Of a stretch of DNA of 64,000 nt, positions 27,813 through 41,749 are shown piece by piece (the stretch's first letter is position 1; every line of letters begins with the position of its first letter). Below the pieces are notes generated by a model. The model was not told where the DNA came from, made no database searches, and saw only the letters and a list, made by a program, of their open reading frames with translations. This stretch comes from Sphyrna mokarran (Eukaryota). The position numbers and the translations under genes were made by a program. Where the stretch lies: contig JAGIQG010000005.1 of the NCBI GenBank assembly GCA_024679065.1, forward strand, positions 63,116,001-63,180,000, read 5' to 3'.

Positions 27813-28705
27813 GAAAAGATGTAGCATTTCCTCTGTGCTGCACTGGATAATCAGACCACAGATTGTTCCAAGTTTCTGGATTGGGGCTTGAACTGACAAC
27901 GTCCTGATTCAAAGGCTGAAGTCTTGCTACTGAGCCAGAGCTCACAGCTAGGAGTGCCAGCACAATTATGATTGACCATATTTTATGTTGCAAATCTTGA
28001 AAATGAGCATAGTGTTAGAGAAGTTCAAGGGTCTGAATTGCCTTCCCAGCATTTTCTGTTTTAATTTTAGATTTTCCATAATTCACCATCCTGTCCTTCA
28101 CAATTGCATGTTAAAATCCTGGAATTTCCTTTGTAGGAATTTCAGTATGGGTGTATCTATATCTCAGGAGCTGCAGTGGTTCAAAAACAAAGCTCCCCAC
28201 CACCTTCTGAAGGTCAACTAGGGATGGGCAATAAATGCTGAACTAGGCAGCGATGCCCATATCCCATAAATGAATGTGGCAAAACAATTAAATAATTTGA
28301 TTATGATCATTTTAAGTTTAAGTTACTGCTGGCAGGGAGCTAATTGAAGGGCAGTGAACACACGAGTTTTGGATGAAGGGGACTTGGTGTGCATTAGAAG
28401 ACTGGGCAGGCAGGAAGGTTTTGTATGAGCTGAAGATTATGGAGGGTGAAAAATGAGAGGCTGGACAGGATAGCACTGAAATTCAGAATTAATGATGTGT
28501 TAGCCATAACATGGCTGTAACTATGCAGATAACAATCCTTGGGAATAAAATTGCAAGCTGGAAAAGATGAATTATCCATCTATCTCATCCATTTTAAGAG
28601 GGATTCTTAGTGTAAACTACTCCTTGTCTAAAAAATGGAGATGACTTTTGACCAGACTAACCTTTCTCCAATCACCTTCATCTGTCATTTCATGCCAAAG
28701 AAAAA

Positions 28706-28830
28706 GATGTGGAGATGCTGGCATTGGACTGGAGTGAGCACAGTAAGAAGTCTCACAACACCAGGATAAAGTCCAAACAGCTTTATCTGATGTTATGAGC
28801 TTTTGGAGCACTGCTCCTTCATTAGATGAG
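28706..28830 (-). mobile_element. Penelope-type terminal repeat with inactivated hammerhead
   Basis: Minus strand CTaATGAaGGAGCagtGCTCCaAAAgct; both core G residues are mutated. Confidence 0.72.
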
Positions 28831-29198
28831 TATCAAAGCAAAGGAGGAGGGCAAATTGTCTCCTAACTTTCCTGAAACTCAATAACATCCTTGGCAGAAC
28901 AGCCCATTTGATCAGCATCCCAATCACCATCTTAAACATTGTTCTCTCCACCACCTGCACACTGTGGTTGCAGTGTGTACCATCTAACCAAAACTGCTTT
29001 CAACAGCACTTCTCAAATCTGTGAAGATCCAAGGGCAGATGGAGAATAAGAATGTCATTATCTGCAATTTCCCGCACCAAGTTAAACATCAAAATGACAT
29101 GGAACTATATCTTCATTCCTTTTGGGTTAAAATCTTGGAACTCCCTAGCTAACGACATTGTGGAGGCGCCTTCACCACATAAGGTGCAGTGGATCAAG

Positions 29199-31198
29199 AA
29201 GAGTGAGCTGATTCAAACAACTCTTATGAGTTATGAATCATACTTCAGTTAGAACTGCTCTGAAGAAAAAATGACTGCACAACTAGCATTTATCATTATG
29301 TAATGACAGAACATGAAAGATTTACAGCATTGTCATTGTGCTTTCTGCATCCTAATTGCTACATATTAATGTTACATCAATGTATCTCATGATGAACATC
29401 TAGGTTATCAAATTATAACCTGACTTCATGAATTTTGACAAAGAAAATCTTTTTGTCAAAAAAAATAATATTAAAAGAAATACCATTGTTCTTCAATAGC
29501 TTCTAAAGTCAAGGAACTGTCTGATGTTTTACTGAGATATATGATCTGTGGAGGTCCCACTTTGATGTCATGTTCACTGTTTTAAACAAATTACTTTTTA
29601 TTTTGCCACAACCCTTTGGGGCTAAGTAGGGGAAATAAATCAGCAATAGCATCATTAACTGCTATGCAGTAATACTTGCTGCAAATTGCATCTCTGTGGA
29701 TATTGTGAAGACTTGGCCATGCTTGACTGTGCAGTCGGCAACAGTAAAATAGCCTTTTTGCACTTGAGTGTTCAGCCTGAAACATGCAAGATAGTCAATT
29801 GGGAAAGCAGCAGCCTCTGATATTATAATCTGATAGAAGAAGGGAGAAAATTGGAAGGCAATCTAATTATTTTAATAGCAGTGCAATAAAAGCACTGCCA
29901 AGAACTTCTTTAATGTTCACCACCACCTTCAAGGGCAATTAGGACTGGGTAATAAAGACTGGTCTCACTTGTGCTGCCCACATTTCACGAACAAATCAAA
30001 AAAAAATGGGGAGCTAAAGAGAAAAAGAAAACCAAGTGAGAGAGGAAAAAAGATCAACACAAATATCTTATTCTCCTGGAAAAAAGAGATGAAAGTTTTT
30101 CAGTGGAAGAAAATCCATCAGTGGGGTATGAGAGATCATTAACATTGTTGGCAATAAGCTATTGACAGAGTAGCTTGTCCAGCTATACTGACTGCACACA
30201 TTAAGGAAATCCAGTAAGTTGTACAGTGGAAGATGGTGTGCTGGATCAGAAAGAACTTGAGGCATCTGTTATTTGTATGAAAATATTTCTTAACGAGAGC
30301 TTGTCAGATTCTTGAGGGATGAGTTGCAAGTACCAGTCCAATGAACTGTGCCAGCTGCTGTCACTCAAACCTGTTTACTGTAAGAGTGAGCTGATTCAAA
30401 CAAATCCTATGAGTTATGAATCATATTTCAGTTAGAACCATTCTGAAGAAAAAGTGACTGCACAACTGGCATTTATCACTATGTAATGGCAGAACATGAA
30501 AGATTTGCAGCAGCGTTATTGTGCTTTCTGCATCCTAATCATTGCATATTAATACTTCATCAATGTATCTCATGATGAACAGCTAGGCTATCAAATTATA
30601 ATCTGAGTTCATGAATTTCAACAAAAAAATCTATTCTCTAATGGCGTTGACTAAAATATTCTTGTCTTCCATTGCTGAATGATTCCATTCAGCAACAGCA
30701 TACATGTTTATCGAGTATTTTTAACATAGTAAATCATTTTGGTGCACCTTTAATAGTAAAAGAACTCCCATTGCTCTTCAATAGCTTACAAAGTCAAGGA
30801 ACTGTCTGACATTTTAGTGAGATATATGGCCTGTGGAGGTCCCACTTCGATGCCATGTTCACTGTTTTAAACAAATTAATTGTTATTTTGCCACAATCCA
30901 TTGGGGCTAAGTAGGAGAAATAAATCAGCAGTAGTACCATTAACTGCTATACAGTAATATCTGCTGCAAGTTGCATCTCTGTGAATATTGTGAAGACTCG
31001 GCCATGCTTGACTGCGCAGTCGGCAACAGTAAAATACTCTTTTTGCACTTGAGTGTTCAGCCTGAAACATGCAAGATAGTCAATTGGGAAAACAGCAGCT
31101 TCTGATATTATAAACTGATAGAAGAAGGGAGAAAATTGGAAGGCAATCTAATTATTTTAATGCTGTGCAATAAAAGCACTGCCAAGAACAACTTTAAT
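29199..31198. repeat. Local direct duplication: 29199-29914 and 30382-31198
   Basis: Both copies start aagagtgagctgattcaaacaa and end gcaataaaagcactgccaagaac..ctttaat. Copy 1 lacks ~100-130 bp present in copy 2. Confidence 0.95.
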
Positions 31199-31256
31199 CC
31201 TTTTTTTTTCCTATTTCCCCTGAATGAACTGTATTTGTATTAAATATCTAAACTTG

Positions 31257-31580
31257 GGGTGGCATGGTGATCAGTGCCAGGGATCCTAGTTGAATTCCAA
31301 CCTTGGGTGACACTCTGTGTGTCGTCTGCTATCTTCTTTTTAAGTGTTCTCCCTATGTCAGTGTGGGTTTCCTCCCAAAGTCCAAAAATGTACAGGCTAG
31401 CTGGATTGATCATGGTAAATTTCCACTAAATGTCCGAAGATATGGAGGTTAGGGAATTAGCAAGATAAATATATGTGGGGTTATGGGGATAAATATATGT
31501 GGGGAGAGTGGGATGCTCTGAGTCAGTGCAGACTCAATGGGCCGAATGGCCTCTTTCTGCATTGTCAGCATTCAATGATT
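31257..31580 (+). mobile_element. HE1 SINE
   Basis: ggggtggcatggtg head, gtgtgggtttcctccc V-domain, gggccgaatggcctctttctgcattgt tail. Confidence 0.8.
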
Positions 31581-34009
31581 TGGAAGATCAACTCTTATTA
31601 AAATGATGGAGTTATAGTGAATAAGTAAGACAATATAAACTTTTAGGAAAATGTAGGTTTGGTAAGTGCTCAATCTAATTTACAATTTGACTTTGATTCC
31701 TTTGACTTCTTTTTAAAAAGTTGTTGTATTGTTTTCAGAGCCCTGCTTACTATGGGAAAATAGAAGTCTTTGGAACAGTGGCTAGTTGCACAAACTCTCA
31801 AGTTAGTTAGTTACTGAGAACATACAATCTGTCACAATCTCAGAAATTGTCACATCCATAGTAATAAGACAAATTACATAATTATGTTCCAATTTATTAT
31901 CCTCATGGAGGCTAAACAGGCGAGGCATATGTCTTGTTCATGATTTTCCTCTGTGCAACCAAACTAAATCAATTTAACAACATTTAAATTAATATGGTAC
32001 TGAGAACTTATTATCAGTTTTGTCCAGATCTTCATGTTTTGCTAACATAAAGGAGGAAAGGGAAATGAAATGGAACTAAAATTTTTCACTGGGTTCTGGT
32101 GTTAATGGGTTTAAAAAAAACAGATAGCTATAATGCCTGATAACAAGTGAACTTACAAGAGCAAAATTTAACATTTTGTCCAAGCAGTTAGAATCTTACA
32201 GAATTTCTCAATCCTTTTCTCCATTTAAAATGTGTATCAAATGGACAGTAGAGGAAAATGTAGCTTTTAGAGTCATCAATCTATTGTTTTCCAATCCCCA
32301 TCTGTCGTCTTCACAGCTCCTTGTAATGCATTTTCAAGTTCGACTGTTTAAGCCCATTTTACTCTGTGCTGTCCACCCATTTGACCAAATGTTGCATGTG
32401 ATTTGGTGGGGAAATTGTAGGTGGCAGTATTCTTATTTTCCTTTGGCCTTTGCCCTTCTAGACGATATAGGTCACAAAGGTATTGCCAAAAGATGTTTTG
32501 CCAAGATGGTACACATTGTGACCACAGAATGAAGATGGTGGAGAGAGAATGTTTATGGCAGTGAATGGGATGCTAAATTCCACAGTCAGACTTGGTTCTC
32601 TGCTCTTCAGATGTTTCTTTTGGATTTAATCAGTTATTTTAATCACCGTGGGATTCTCCTACGGCTCCAACATTCTGAATTTGTCTTTCCAGAGGCCTAT
32701 CTTCCTTATTTCAAATTTCTTTTCAGAGCATACCCCCTTCCCCTCTTATTATTTACTGAAGGCTGAACGAGACTTTTAGTATTTGTAAAGTTCCTCCTTG
32801 AAATTTTGCCTTGCTGCTGGAAGCACAGCCATTATTAGCTGCTGTGTGCTGGAGGTTCAGAAATCTGATTTACCTGTTGATGCTGTAATTGAAATCTGGG
32901 GAAGTCGATCTGAAGAAATTGGCTCCATGAGTGCCAATTTGCTGTACTGGAGGTCCTGTTATCACATGTCATGTTTGGGGAGCTGACATTATTAGGCGGT
33001 TTTAAATTTGCCAACTTAATTAGGCAATACACAATTCTAAGCTCTTTTGCTTTGGCACTTTTTTGAAGGTTAGCGTGGAAACATTGATAAAGTAATAAGT
33101 TCATTTGACTATCTGCTTAATATTTTTGCACATGAACTTGAGACAGGAAAGTGGGCAACATATTATGAATATTGATTGTTTGTGAAACCTATTGAGTATT
33201 ATTCTCCATGATGCAGCAACATCTCAGAAGAATAAATAGTCATTGGGCTCAGATGCCCTGGCAAACATTTTCAATTGGGAGGGATGGCTAATGACTGTCA
33301 GATTCGAATAAAATCAGCAATCTTCCACAATTTATTGCAATTGATATTTGTTTGCTCTTTAGAAGTATGAATAAAAAGCACAGTGGTATCTTTTTGTGTA
33401 AGTCGATGAGAGCAAGGCTGTGTAAATCACCTTATTGAAATTCTCTAATTAGGTTTAGAGCTGGTCATGTGCATACCTCTGTATAGGGCAGATTATAATT
33501 CCCAAAAGTAAACCAGCAGCACTTAAAATTGCCACTTGCTTTCCAGCACAGTTTAATCCCTGAAACGAATAGAATTTATGTAACTTTTCAATGGCAGTAG
33601 TCTAATTTTAATGTAGTGTTAATTAGAAATTGAATATTCTTTGTATATGAGAGCTATTATAAATACCATAAGCTTTTAGATAATTTTGCCAATAAGAAAT
33701 AAGGATTAAAGTTGCAATGAGGTTGTGATGGTTTTGTGAGAAGTATGGAACCTATATACTCTAATGCCTTTTCTTTCATCCATTCATAAAGAACTAATAC
33801 TGTCTGCCATTGAGGCAAAACTAATCAGTAAGAAAGTGCTGCAAGCACAAAGCAGATCAGATTTGTAGAGATAACGGGCAAGTCTGTAAACCAAAAGGTT
33901 ACATTGTCTGCTCCCTCAGCACAAACTGCCAGACCAACAGAATATTTTCTGCACTGGTTATTCCTTTTGAAACATTGGTAATATTTTTCTTTCAAAATGC
34001 TGTTATAAG

Positions 34010-35660
34010 TTCAAGAAGTAGTACAGCATATATGTGGCACTCTGGGAGACCAGCAATTGGCCGGACAATTGGACTAATACATTTATTCCCCTTCTAAAGA
34101 AAAGTAACATGGAACAATGCACAAATTATAGAACAATTGATTTGGTTTCCCATGCTGGTAAAATCTTGCTCAGAATCATCCTGGAATTAATCCAGAAGAA
34201 GTCAGTGAGATTGGTGATGAATAAGCTGGATTTGACATGGAAGAAGAACCGGAGACAAAGTTACTAATTTTAGAATCACAATGTGCAAGGTCCAAGAACT
34301 TCAGCAAGCAATGCACTTCATTGACTTTCAAGAAGGCGTTTGATTCAGCCTCACATGAAAAGCTTTGGTTGGCAATGTTAGACATGGAATACCCATCATG
34401 TTTAATCAACTTGCGGTCAAGATTTATTGTAAGCAATGAATTAGTCTCAGCGTTTCTGCCACTCTCACAGAATGTCCTCTCACCATATTTATTCAATACC
34501 CTGACAGAAATGGTTATGAGAGAGATATTTGCTAGGTACAAACATGGAATACGGATTGGCAGTCACTGAGTTTTGAATCTTCAATATGATGATGACATTA
34601 TTCTACTTGACAACTCAGTGGCATCAGAAGTTGATGGATTGCCTTCATCAGGTTCACAGAATCCTATAGCACAGAAGAAGTCCTTTGGTGCATTGAGGCT
34701 GCTCCAACACAACAGAAACATTGAACTTCTACCTAATCCCATTTATTAGTACTTGGCCCATAGCCTTGAATATTATGATGTGCCAAATGCTGGCCCAGGT
34801 ACTTTTTAAAGGATATGAGGCAACCCGCCTCTACCACCCTTCCAGACAGTGCATTCCAGACTGTCATCACCTTCTGGGTAAAAAAGTTTTGTACCACATT
34901 CTTACAATCCTCCTGCCTCCCAACTTGAACCTATGTTCCCTCGTAACCAACTATTCAACCAAGGGGAACAGCTGCTCCTTATCCATACTGTCCATGTCCC
35001 TCATACTCTTGTACACCTTCATCAGGTCGCCTCTCAGTCTTCCCTGCTCCAACAAAAACAACTCAAGCCTACTAAACCTCCCTTCATAACTTAAATGTTC
35101 CATCCCAGGCAGCATACTGGTGAATGCCCTCTGCACCGCTTCCAGTGCAACCACATCCTTCCAATAACGTGGTGGGTGATAAGCAGAATTGCACATCGTA
35201 CTCCAACAGTGGCCTCACCAAAGTTCTATCCAACTCCAACATGATGTCCCTACTTTTGTAATCTATTACATAGATTACAAAAAGGCAAGTGTCCCTTTTC
35301 ATCAACACACTAACATGCCCTTACATCTTCAGAGATCTGCGGACAAATGTGCCAGAGTTTCTTTGTTCCACAGAACTTCCTAATGTCATGCCATTCATTG
35401 AGAAGAAATACAATCTCCTGATAAACCTTGATGGGCCAAATGTGATGGGGCTGGATAGAAGACTTGCCTGGTTCTAACTGACAGAGTTTAGCTTGAAGAG
35501 ACTGATACCTTCTGCCACCTTGGGTCACTCATGGAAGTCCACTGAAGAAATTTGAGCTAAACTTAATAAAAACATATAGAGTAGCCACAGCATCTCAGTT
35601 AAAATGGAAATTTGCCTTCTGAAAGCTCTTGTGTGGCTGTAAAAGCTGGACCATTAAGAA
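34010..35660 (+). mobile_element. RTE-clade LINE RT fragment, split by a CR1 insertion
   Basis: LWETSNWPDNWTNTFIPLLKK...CTNYRTIDLVSHAGKILLRI, FKKAFDS, LSPYLFN, then YDDD. After the insert it resumes with KKYNLLIN...ICLLKALVW. Confidence 0.85.
34655..35400 (-). mobile_element. CR1 LINE 3' fragment nested in the RTE
   Basis: LVRPLLEYDVQF / ALEAVQRAFTSMLPGMEHLSYEGRFSRLELFLLEQGRLRGDL. Confidence 0.9.
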
Positions 35661-36485
35661 GCTATAATTACCAGCAGCCCAATTTTCAAGCCAGCAACAG
35701 CTGCTGAAGGGTATGAGATGACATGGTGTATCTATGTGGGCTCATTACCCATTGGTTAGGCTGACTTGTAATCATTGAGAGCAACAGTCAGAAATTGGTA
35801 TTAGTTTCACTGACTATGCAAATTGGGGGACCAAATGCCTTTGTACAAAATTGAGAGCTAAATGATATCAACACAAGCCTTGCAGGGTGGATGAGAGTTG
35901 CTGGGGAGAAAGTATGGTCCTCTTTCATGTTGGCTTTAGGTACGGAAGTCCGTGGCCACTCTGAGGTTCAAACACAAAATTGGGCTTAAACCAATTTTTA
36001 GGTTATATGCTGCTGGGTTGAGGAAGGAAATGGATATTTGCAAGATGCCAGGGATAGGGAGCAAAGGCTTGTGGATGGTTATGAATTTTTAAAATATATT
36101 CATTCATGGGACATGAGTGTTGCTGGTTGGTCAACATTTATTGCCCATCCCTCGTTGTCCTTGAGAAGGTAGTTATGAGCCAATTCTTGAATCGCTGCAG
36201 TCCATGTGCTGTGTGTTGATCCATAATGCCGTTAAGGAGGAATTCCAGGAGTTTGACTCAGCAACTTTGAAGGAATAACAATATATTTCCAAGTTGGGAT
36301 GGTGAGTGGCTTGGAGGGGTACTTCCAGGTAATGGTGTTCCCATGTATCTGCTCTCCTTGTCCTTCTAGATGAAAGTGGTCATGGGGTTGGAAGGCAGTG
36401 TTGCAGGATCTTTGGTAAATTGCTGTCGTGTGTCTTGTAGATAGTACACACTGCTGTTACTGAGTGTTAGTGGTAGAGAAATTAA

Positions 36486-37265
36486 ATAGAACATAGAACA
36501 TTACAGCGCAGTACAGGCCCTTCGGCCCTCGATGTTGCGCTGGCCAGTGGACCCTCTAACCTAAACTATTCCAATATCATCCATATGCCTATCCACCGAA
36601 CATTTGAATGCCCCAAAGTAGGCGAGTCCACAACTGCTGCAGGCAGGGCATTCCACGCCCTCACCACCCTCTGTGTAAAGAACCTGCCTCTGACATCCGT
36701 CCTATACCTACCACCTCTTAATTTAAAGTTATGTCCCCTCGTGTTGGTCATCACCATCCGAGGAAAAAGGCTCTCACTATCCACCCTATCCAATCCCTTG
36801 ATCATCTTATATGCCTCAATTAGGTCACCGTGTAACCTTCTTCTCTCTAATGAAAATAACCTCAGTTCCCTCAGCCTTTCCTCATAAGGCCTTCCCACCA
36901 TACCAGGCAACATCCTGGTAAACCTCCTCTGCACCTTTTCCAATGCTTCCACATCTTTCTTATAATGCGGCGACCAGAACTGTACGCAATACTCCAAGTG
37001 CGGCCGCACCAGAGTTTTGTACAGTTGTAACATAACCTCACGGCTCCTAAATTCAATCCCTCTACCAATAAAAGCTAACACACCGTACGCCTTCTTAACA
37101 CCTTTATCACCCTGGGTGCCAACTTTCAAAGAGCTATGTACTTGTACCCCAAGATCCCTCTGCTCGACAACGCTCTTAAGGGTCCTTCCATTAACCCTAT
37201 ATTTCATATGCCTGTTATTCCTACCAAAGTGAATCACCTCACACTTATCCGTATTGAATTCCATT
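36486..37265 (-). mobile_element. Young 5'-truncated HER1/CR1 LINE with uninterrupted ORF2 C-terminal frame
   Basis: ORF 36566-37264 (232 aa) MEFNTDKCEVIHFG...LVRPHLEYCVQFWSP...RVVRAWNALP; many CpGs retained; (ttctatg)n tail; inserted into an older LINE remnant (36095-37415). Confidence 0.95.
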
Positions 37266-37849
37266 TACAAAATGTTTGTAGATGTGCTGCCAAACAAGCA
37301 GGTTGCTTAGTTCTGGATGTTGACAAGCTTTTTGAGTGACTGGAGCAGCATACACCCACGTAAGTGGGGAGAGTTCCATTATACTTCTGACTTTACCTTG
37401 TAGATGATGGAAAAGCCATCTTGAATTTTGCTAAATTAACTTTTAGGGAGAAGGTCAAATTAGACAGTTCTTTTCCATAAATTAAATAAGGTAAATTTTT
37501 TGGTGCTTAATATTTGTACACTTTACAAAAGCAGTGGGTTTGAAGATATGAGTGAGCTTTATGCTCCTATGCCAGTCCCTTCCAAATTATAGAATGATTT
37601 AATTAGTTGTGAACATTTCTTGCGATGTGACCGTTGCTGGCAAGGCTAACATTTATTGCCCATCTCTAATTGCCTTTGTAAAACAGCTTTGATCCAGCAG
37701 CAGTGAAGTAATGATGATTTTAGGGTGGACTTTTTATTGGGCCAGTGTCCTAGACTTCTCAGCACAAATGTCAGGTTTGGGCCTAACCCAACTTTGCTGG
37801 CTTGCCTGTAGCAATTTAATGGCAGGTGGACTGCTAAGTGGTTTTGTAA

Positions 37850-38170
37850 GATCTCTACAGTGCAGACAGAAACCATTTGGCTCATTGAGTCTGCATTGAT
37901 GCTCCAACAGAGCATCCCACCAATGCCCTGTCTCTGCAACCCCACGTATTTACCCTACGTATCTTGGGACACTAAGGGACAATTTAACATGACCAATCAA
38001 CCTTACACTTAACCTAACCTGCACATCTTTTGAGTGCGGAGGAAACCGGAACACCCAGAGGAAACACTCGCAGAGATGGGAAGAATGTGTAAACTCCACA
38101 ATGGGGCCTCACCCAAGGCTGGAATTGAACCCACATCTGTGGCGCCATGTGGCAGCAGTGCTTGCCACCT
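37850..38170 (-). mobile_element. HE1 SINE
   Basis: Reverse complement has head ggtggcaagcactgctgcc, gggttcaattcc and V-domain gtgtttcctctgggtgttccggtttcctcc. Confidence 0.8.
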
Positions 38171-41100
38171 TCAGATTTGCCTTCCACTCTATTCAAATCG
38201 CTGGCAGCTCTCTGGTCTCAGCAATGCCACTGGCAACAATGGCCACTGCTGGGTCTTCCATTGCATTACACTTAATTTTATGCCCCCATCCATTTACCAA
38301 CTTCAGTTGTGGAAGGTGGAGGAGGGGTATAAAATTCAGCCCATAGATCCAGGGCAGAATGATGTGGACTGGAGGGCTACTTGCAAATGGTTGTGTTCCC
38401 AAGTGTCTGCGATCTTTGTCCTTCTACGAAGCAAAGATGAAATGATTGGCAAGTGCTATTAAAGATGCATCTTGTATACGGCGTACACCGTTGTGCACTG
38501 GTGGTCATGGAAATAAATGTTTAAAGTGATGAATGAGATGCCGATCAAGTAGGCTGCTTTGGCCTAGTTGGTGCCAAGCTCCTTCAGTGTTATTGGAGAT
38601 TTACTCATCCAGATAATTTGAGAATATTCCATTACACTCCTCACTTGCACCTTGTAAATAGTAGACAGATGTTGAGGAGTCAGGCAATGAGTGGCTTGTT
38701 GCAGAATATCCAGCTTCTGACTTTCTCCTCTGGTCACAGTACTGATATGGTTAGTCCAGTTTCTGGGCTATTGTAACTGTCAGGATATTGACGTTGGGAG
38801 ATTCAGCAATGGTAATGACATTGAAAGGCAGGGGGCGATGGTGTGATTCTCTCTTGTTGAAGAGAAAACTTTGTGAATTGCATTGCACAAGGTGACAGCC
38901 ACGTACAATGGTGTTATTTTCTATTTTTGAATGGCCCAATTAAGTTTGTTATTCACAGTGGTTTCTTTGACAAACAATGTAATTATTTTAGATGATATGG
39001 CCCAATTCAAAGGAAGGCTTAATCTTTTCAAGCATTATTTTAAAAGCTGTACGTTTTCAACAGGACTTTTGGAAGACAGCAGGATGTGGGAGCAGGCTTT
39101 TAAGATGGGAATACTGAAAATCTGTTCCTAATTGTGGGAATTAACCTTGGGTCCCATTTTAAATGATCTTTAGCTATTTTCTCACCCAACAGCAAGCTCC
39201 ATCCATTGAAGCTGTGCCTGTTGGTTGGGAAAGCAACTAATGAGTGGATGTCATATTAAATCTGAAACTACCGGGTACACAACTACATTGATTTTACAAA
39301 TTCGTTTGTGTCTACGTAAGTTTGCTGGGCCTGGGGAAACACCCTGACTCATTCTCACCTGCTAACAATGCAGTCAAGTGTCCCAACTCACTGACATAAC
39401 TCTTCCTGCCTCCATGTACCTGAGGCCCAGGAATCTGAGCATCCTTGCGTTAAAAAGTTTCAAAAGTTATAAAGTGATAAACACATCTCTTGAAAACAGA
39501 TTTCTCCCCTCCCTGCGCTTGAACACATATCCATTAAAAATAGAAGCGGTCAGGATAGAGGTGCGTTTAAGGATCATAACATTTTTATCATCCCATTTAC
39601 CTCGTCACTCATTTTTGAGTTGAAATACCCAATCCTCAAGATCAGTTTGGAAATCAAGTCACTTCAAACCTTTGGTTTCATGGGACGTGAGGTCTTTGCA
39701 GGAACTGTGTCACTTTGAGAGGTGTGGGACAGAATTTTCTAGACATTAAATGGCTGCAGGGCAGAGATCTGTCCCTCATTTGACTCCATGGATAGTGGGA
39801 TGGAAACACAGCCACCCATTAAATTCTGCCCATAGAATTGAATTGTGGAGTTGCATTTTATATGGGTGAAGGAGCCAGACTGCTAGCAGACCTGGAAGGC
39901 AAGTTGTCGAGAAGCTGACACATTCTGAATTAGCTAATCCCACAGTCATAATATGTTGCAGGTGGACTAAAATGATTAAGAGTGGGAGTTCCTCCTCTCA
40001 ATGGTAGAAAATCTCACCCAATGGAGCTACTGGCCAAACAGATTACCCTGGCAGTACCAGAGGTACTGCTGGAACTGCAAGAAGGAGCACGTAGAATATG
40101 GATGGCTGCCCCAGAAAGATAAATCCGGGGGTTCAGAGTGAGGGGGTTCAGAATGGGAAGGATCCTGTAGCACCCCTGGGAAAGAAGAGGCTGTGATCAG
40201 GGGTGGGAGTGGCTTTTGGAGAGTAGGTGAGGTGGAAGGAAGAAGAGTTAAATCATGGTGGGGTAGGGAGGGGTGTGGCTGTGAGAAGGGTGTCCCCTTG
40301 TCCCATTTCATCCTATTTTCATGTAGGTCACCATTGAAAGCAGCCTGCCCACTCCAGGCCAGCTGTCTATGCCAGCCATATTATATGTGAGCAATATATT
40401 ACCCAAGTAATATAAGCTTGCTGACAAGGCTAATAGACCTTTAATTATTTAATTACATATGGCAGGCTGGCTGCAGAGTTTAGCACCCATCATCTAATAT
40501 ATTGTGAGGGGTCAGCTCGGGGGTGGGTAGTAAGGAAGGGGGCTATCCATGCCACTCCCACTTGGTGAGGACATGTGCAATCCAGCCCATGGAGTTCGTG
40601 GAATACTTATTCATGGGTGAAATATTTTCTAGGCATAAAATAATGCTTGTAAACTGCAATTTTTATCCACCTGGTTGACTGTTCTTGTGCAAACAGTTAA
40701 CAGTTAGAGGCACAGATTAAGACTGCCAGGTCTTATGTTTACAACCAACTGTAGATAGATTGATTCATTACACTTGTTAAGAACAGAATGATAAACAGCC
40801 ACCATTGAGATTGTACATTGACCTTATTCTGAAATTGCTTGCTGAAAGGAACAACACCTATTGTTTGCCATTGTGAATGACTTATGTTTGTTGATTTCTG
40901 CTTTAGTATTAGCTCTCACTTTGACAGAAGTACTACCTTGTAACAATGTGAATTCACTCAGATACAGACTAATGAGTTTGAGGACTATGACCACGGTGTA
41001 TTATCCCTCCTTGTCCTTCTTGAGTTCTCAGCAGTCAGTGATGCAGTCAGTAAATCAATCTTCCAATGTCTCTCCTTTCCTGATGGGACTGCTCTCATGG

Positions 41101-41749
41101 TGCCATTCTTATCTCTATATTTCTGGCTAAAGCATCTCCAGCCATAGCATCCCTTTCTACAACCAGCTCCATTGTGTGCTACCCCTTGGCACATGATCCC
41201 CGAATACTGGGACCGTTTTCCACGTGTATACTGATACTCGCTCCACTGCCCTGCTATCTTACTTACTCTTTCACAGCCTTTGTGCTGCTGGTCTGTTAGT
41301 CTGAAATCCAGTTTTAAATAAGCTGTAGCTAAAAACAAAAAGCCAAAAGTCATTAATTTTGACTTCTGCAATAGACTTGGTTATGTTCACAACTGCCTTC
41401 TGTGACCATTTCCTCAGAGTGAACTAAACTGCTTGCACCCTACCGATTTGATCAAGGTGGCAAAACATGTTAGGAACATTTGCTGGGGGCTTCCCTCTAG
41501 TTCCATGTGTTGAGCCGAACACAGCTAATAGAAAGACTCGTGAAAGACAATATGAAGTTAAAGATGTTCTATATTTGACCAATATGCATTAGGAGAGTGA
41601 TAGTTAGAGATTCCAACTTCTCGCTCACATTGCAATACCTGTGTAAATCAGATGTATCTTTTCGAAGTTTCGTTTTTCCTGCCCAATCTATCATCCAACC
41701 AGATGATCAATTAGATTAGCACACATTATTTACCTTAGCCAGTAGCAGT

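Noticed and set aside
29591-31070. Twin 64-aa ORFs (MFQAEHSSAKR...) as a duplicated small gene
   Set aside because: Explained by nucleotide similarity of the duplicated segment. There are many amino-acid changes, no splice signals and no known motif.
31730-31765. Acceptor-like gttttcag| as the next SYTL exon
   Set aside because: In-frame TAG after 7 codons.
40985-41371. 128-aa minus-strand ORF downstream of env as a retroviral accessory gene
   Set aside because: It lies outside the terminal repeat ending at 41468, has no ATG start at the called position and shows no recognisable motif.
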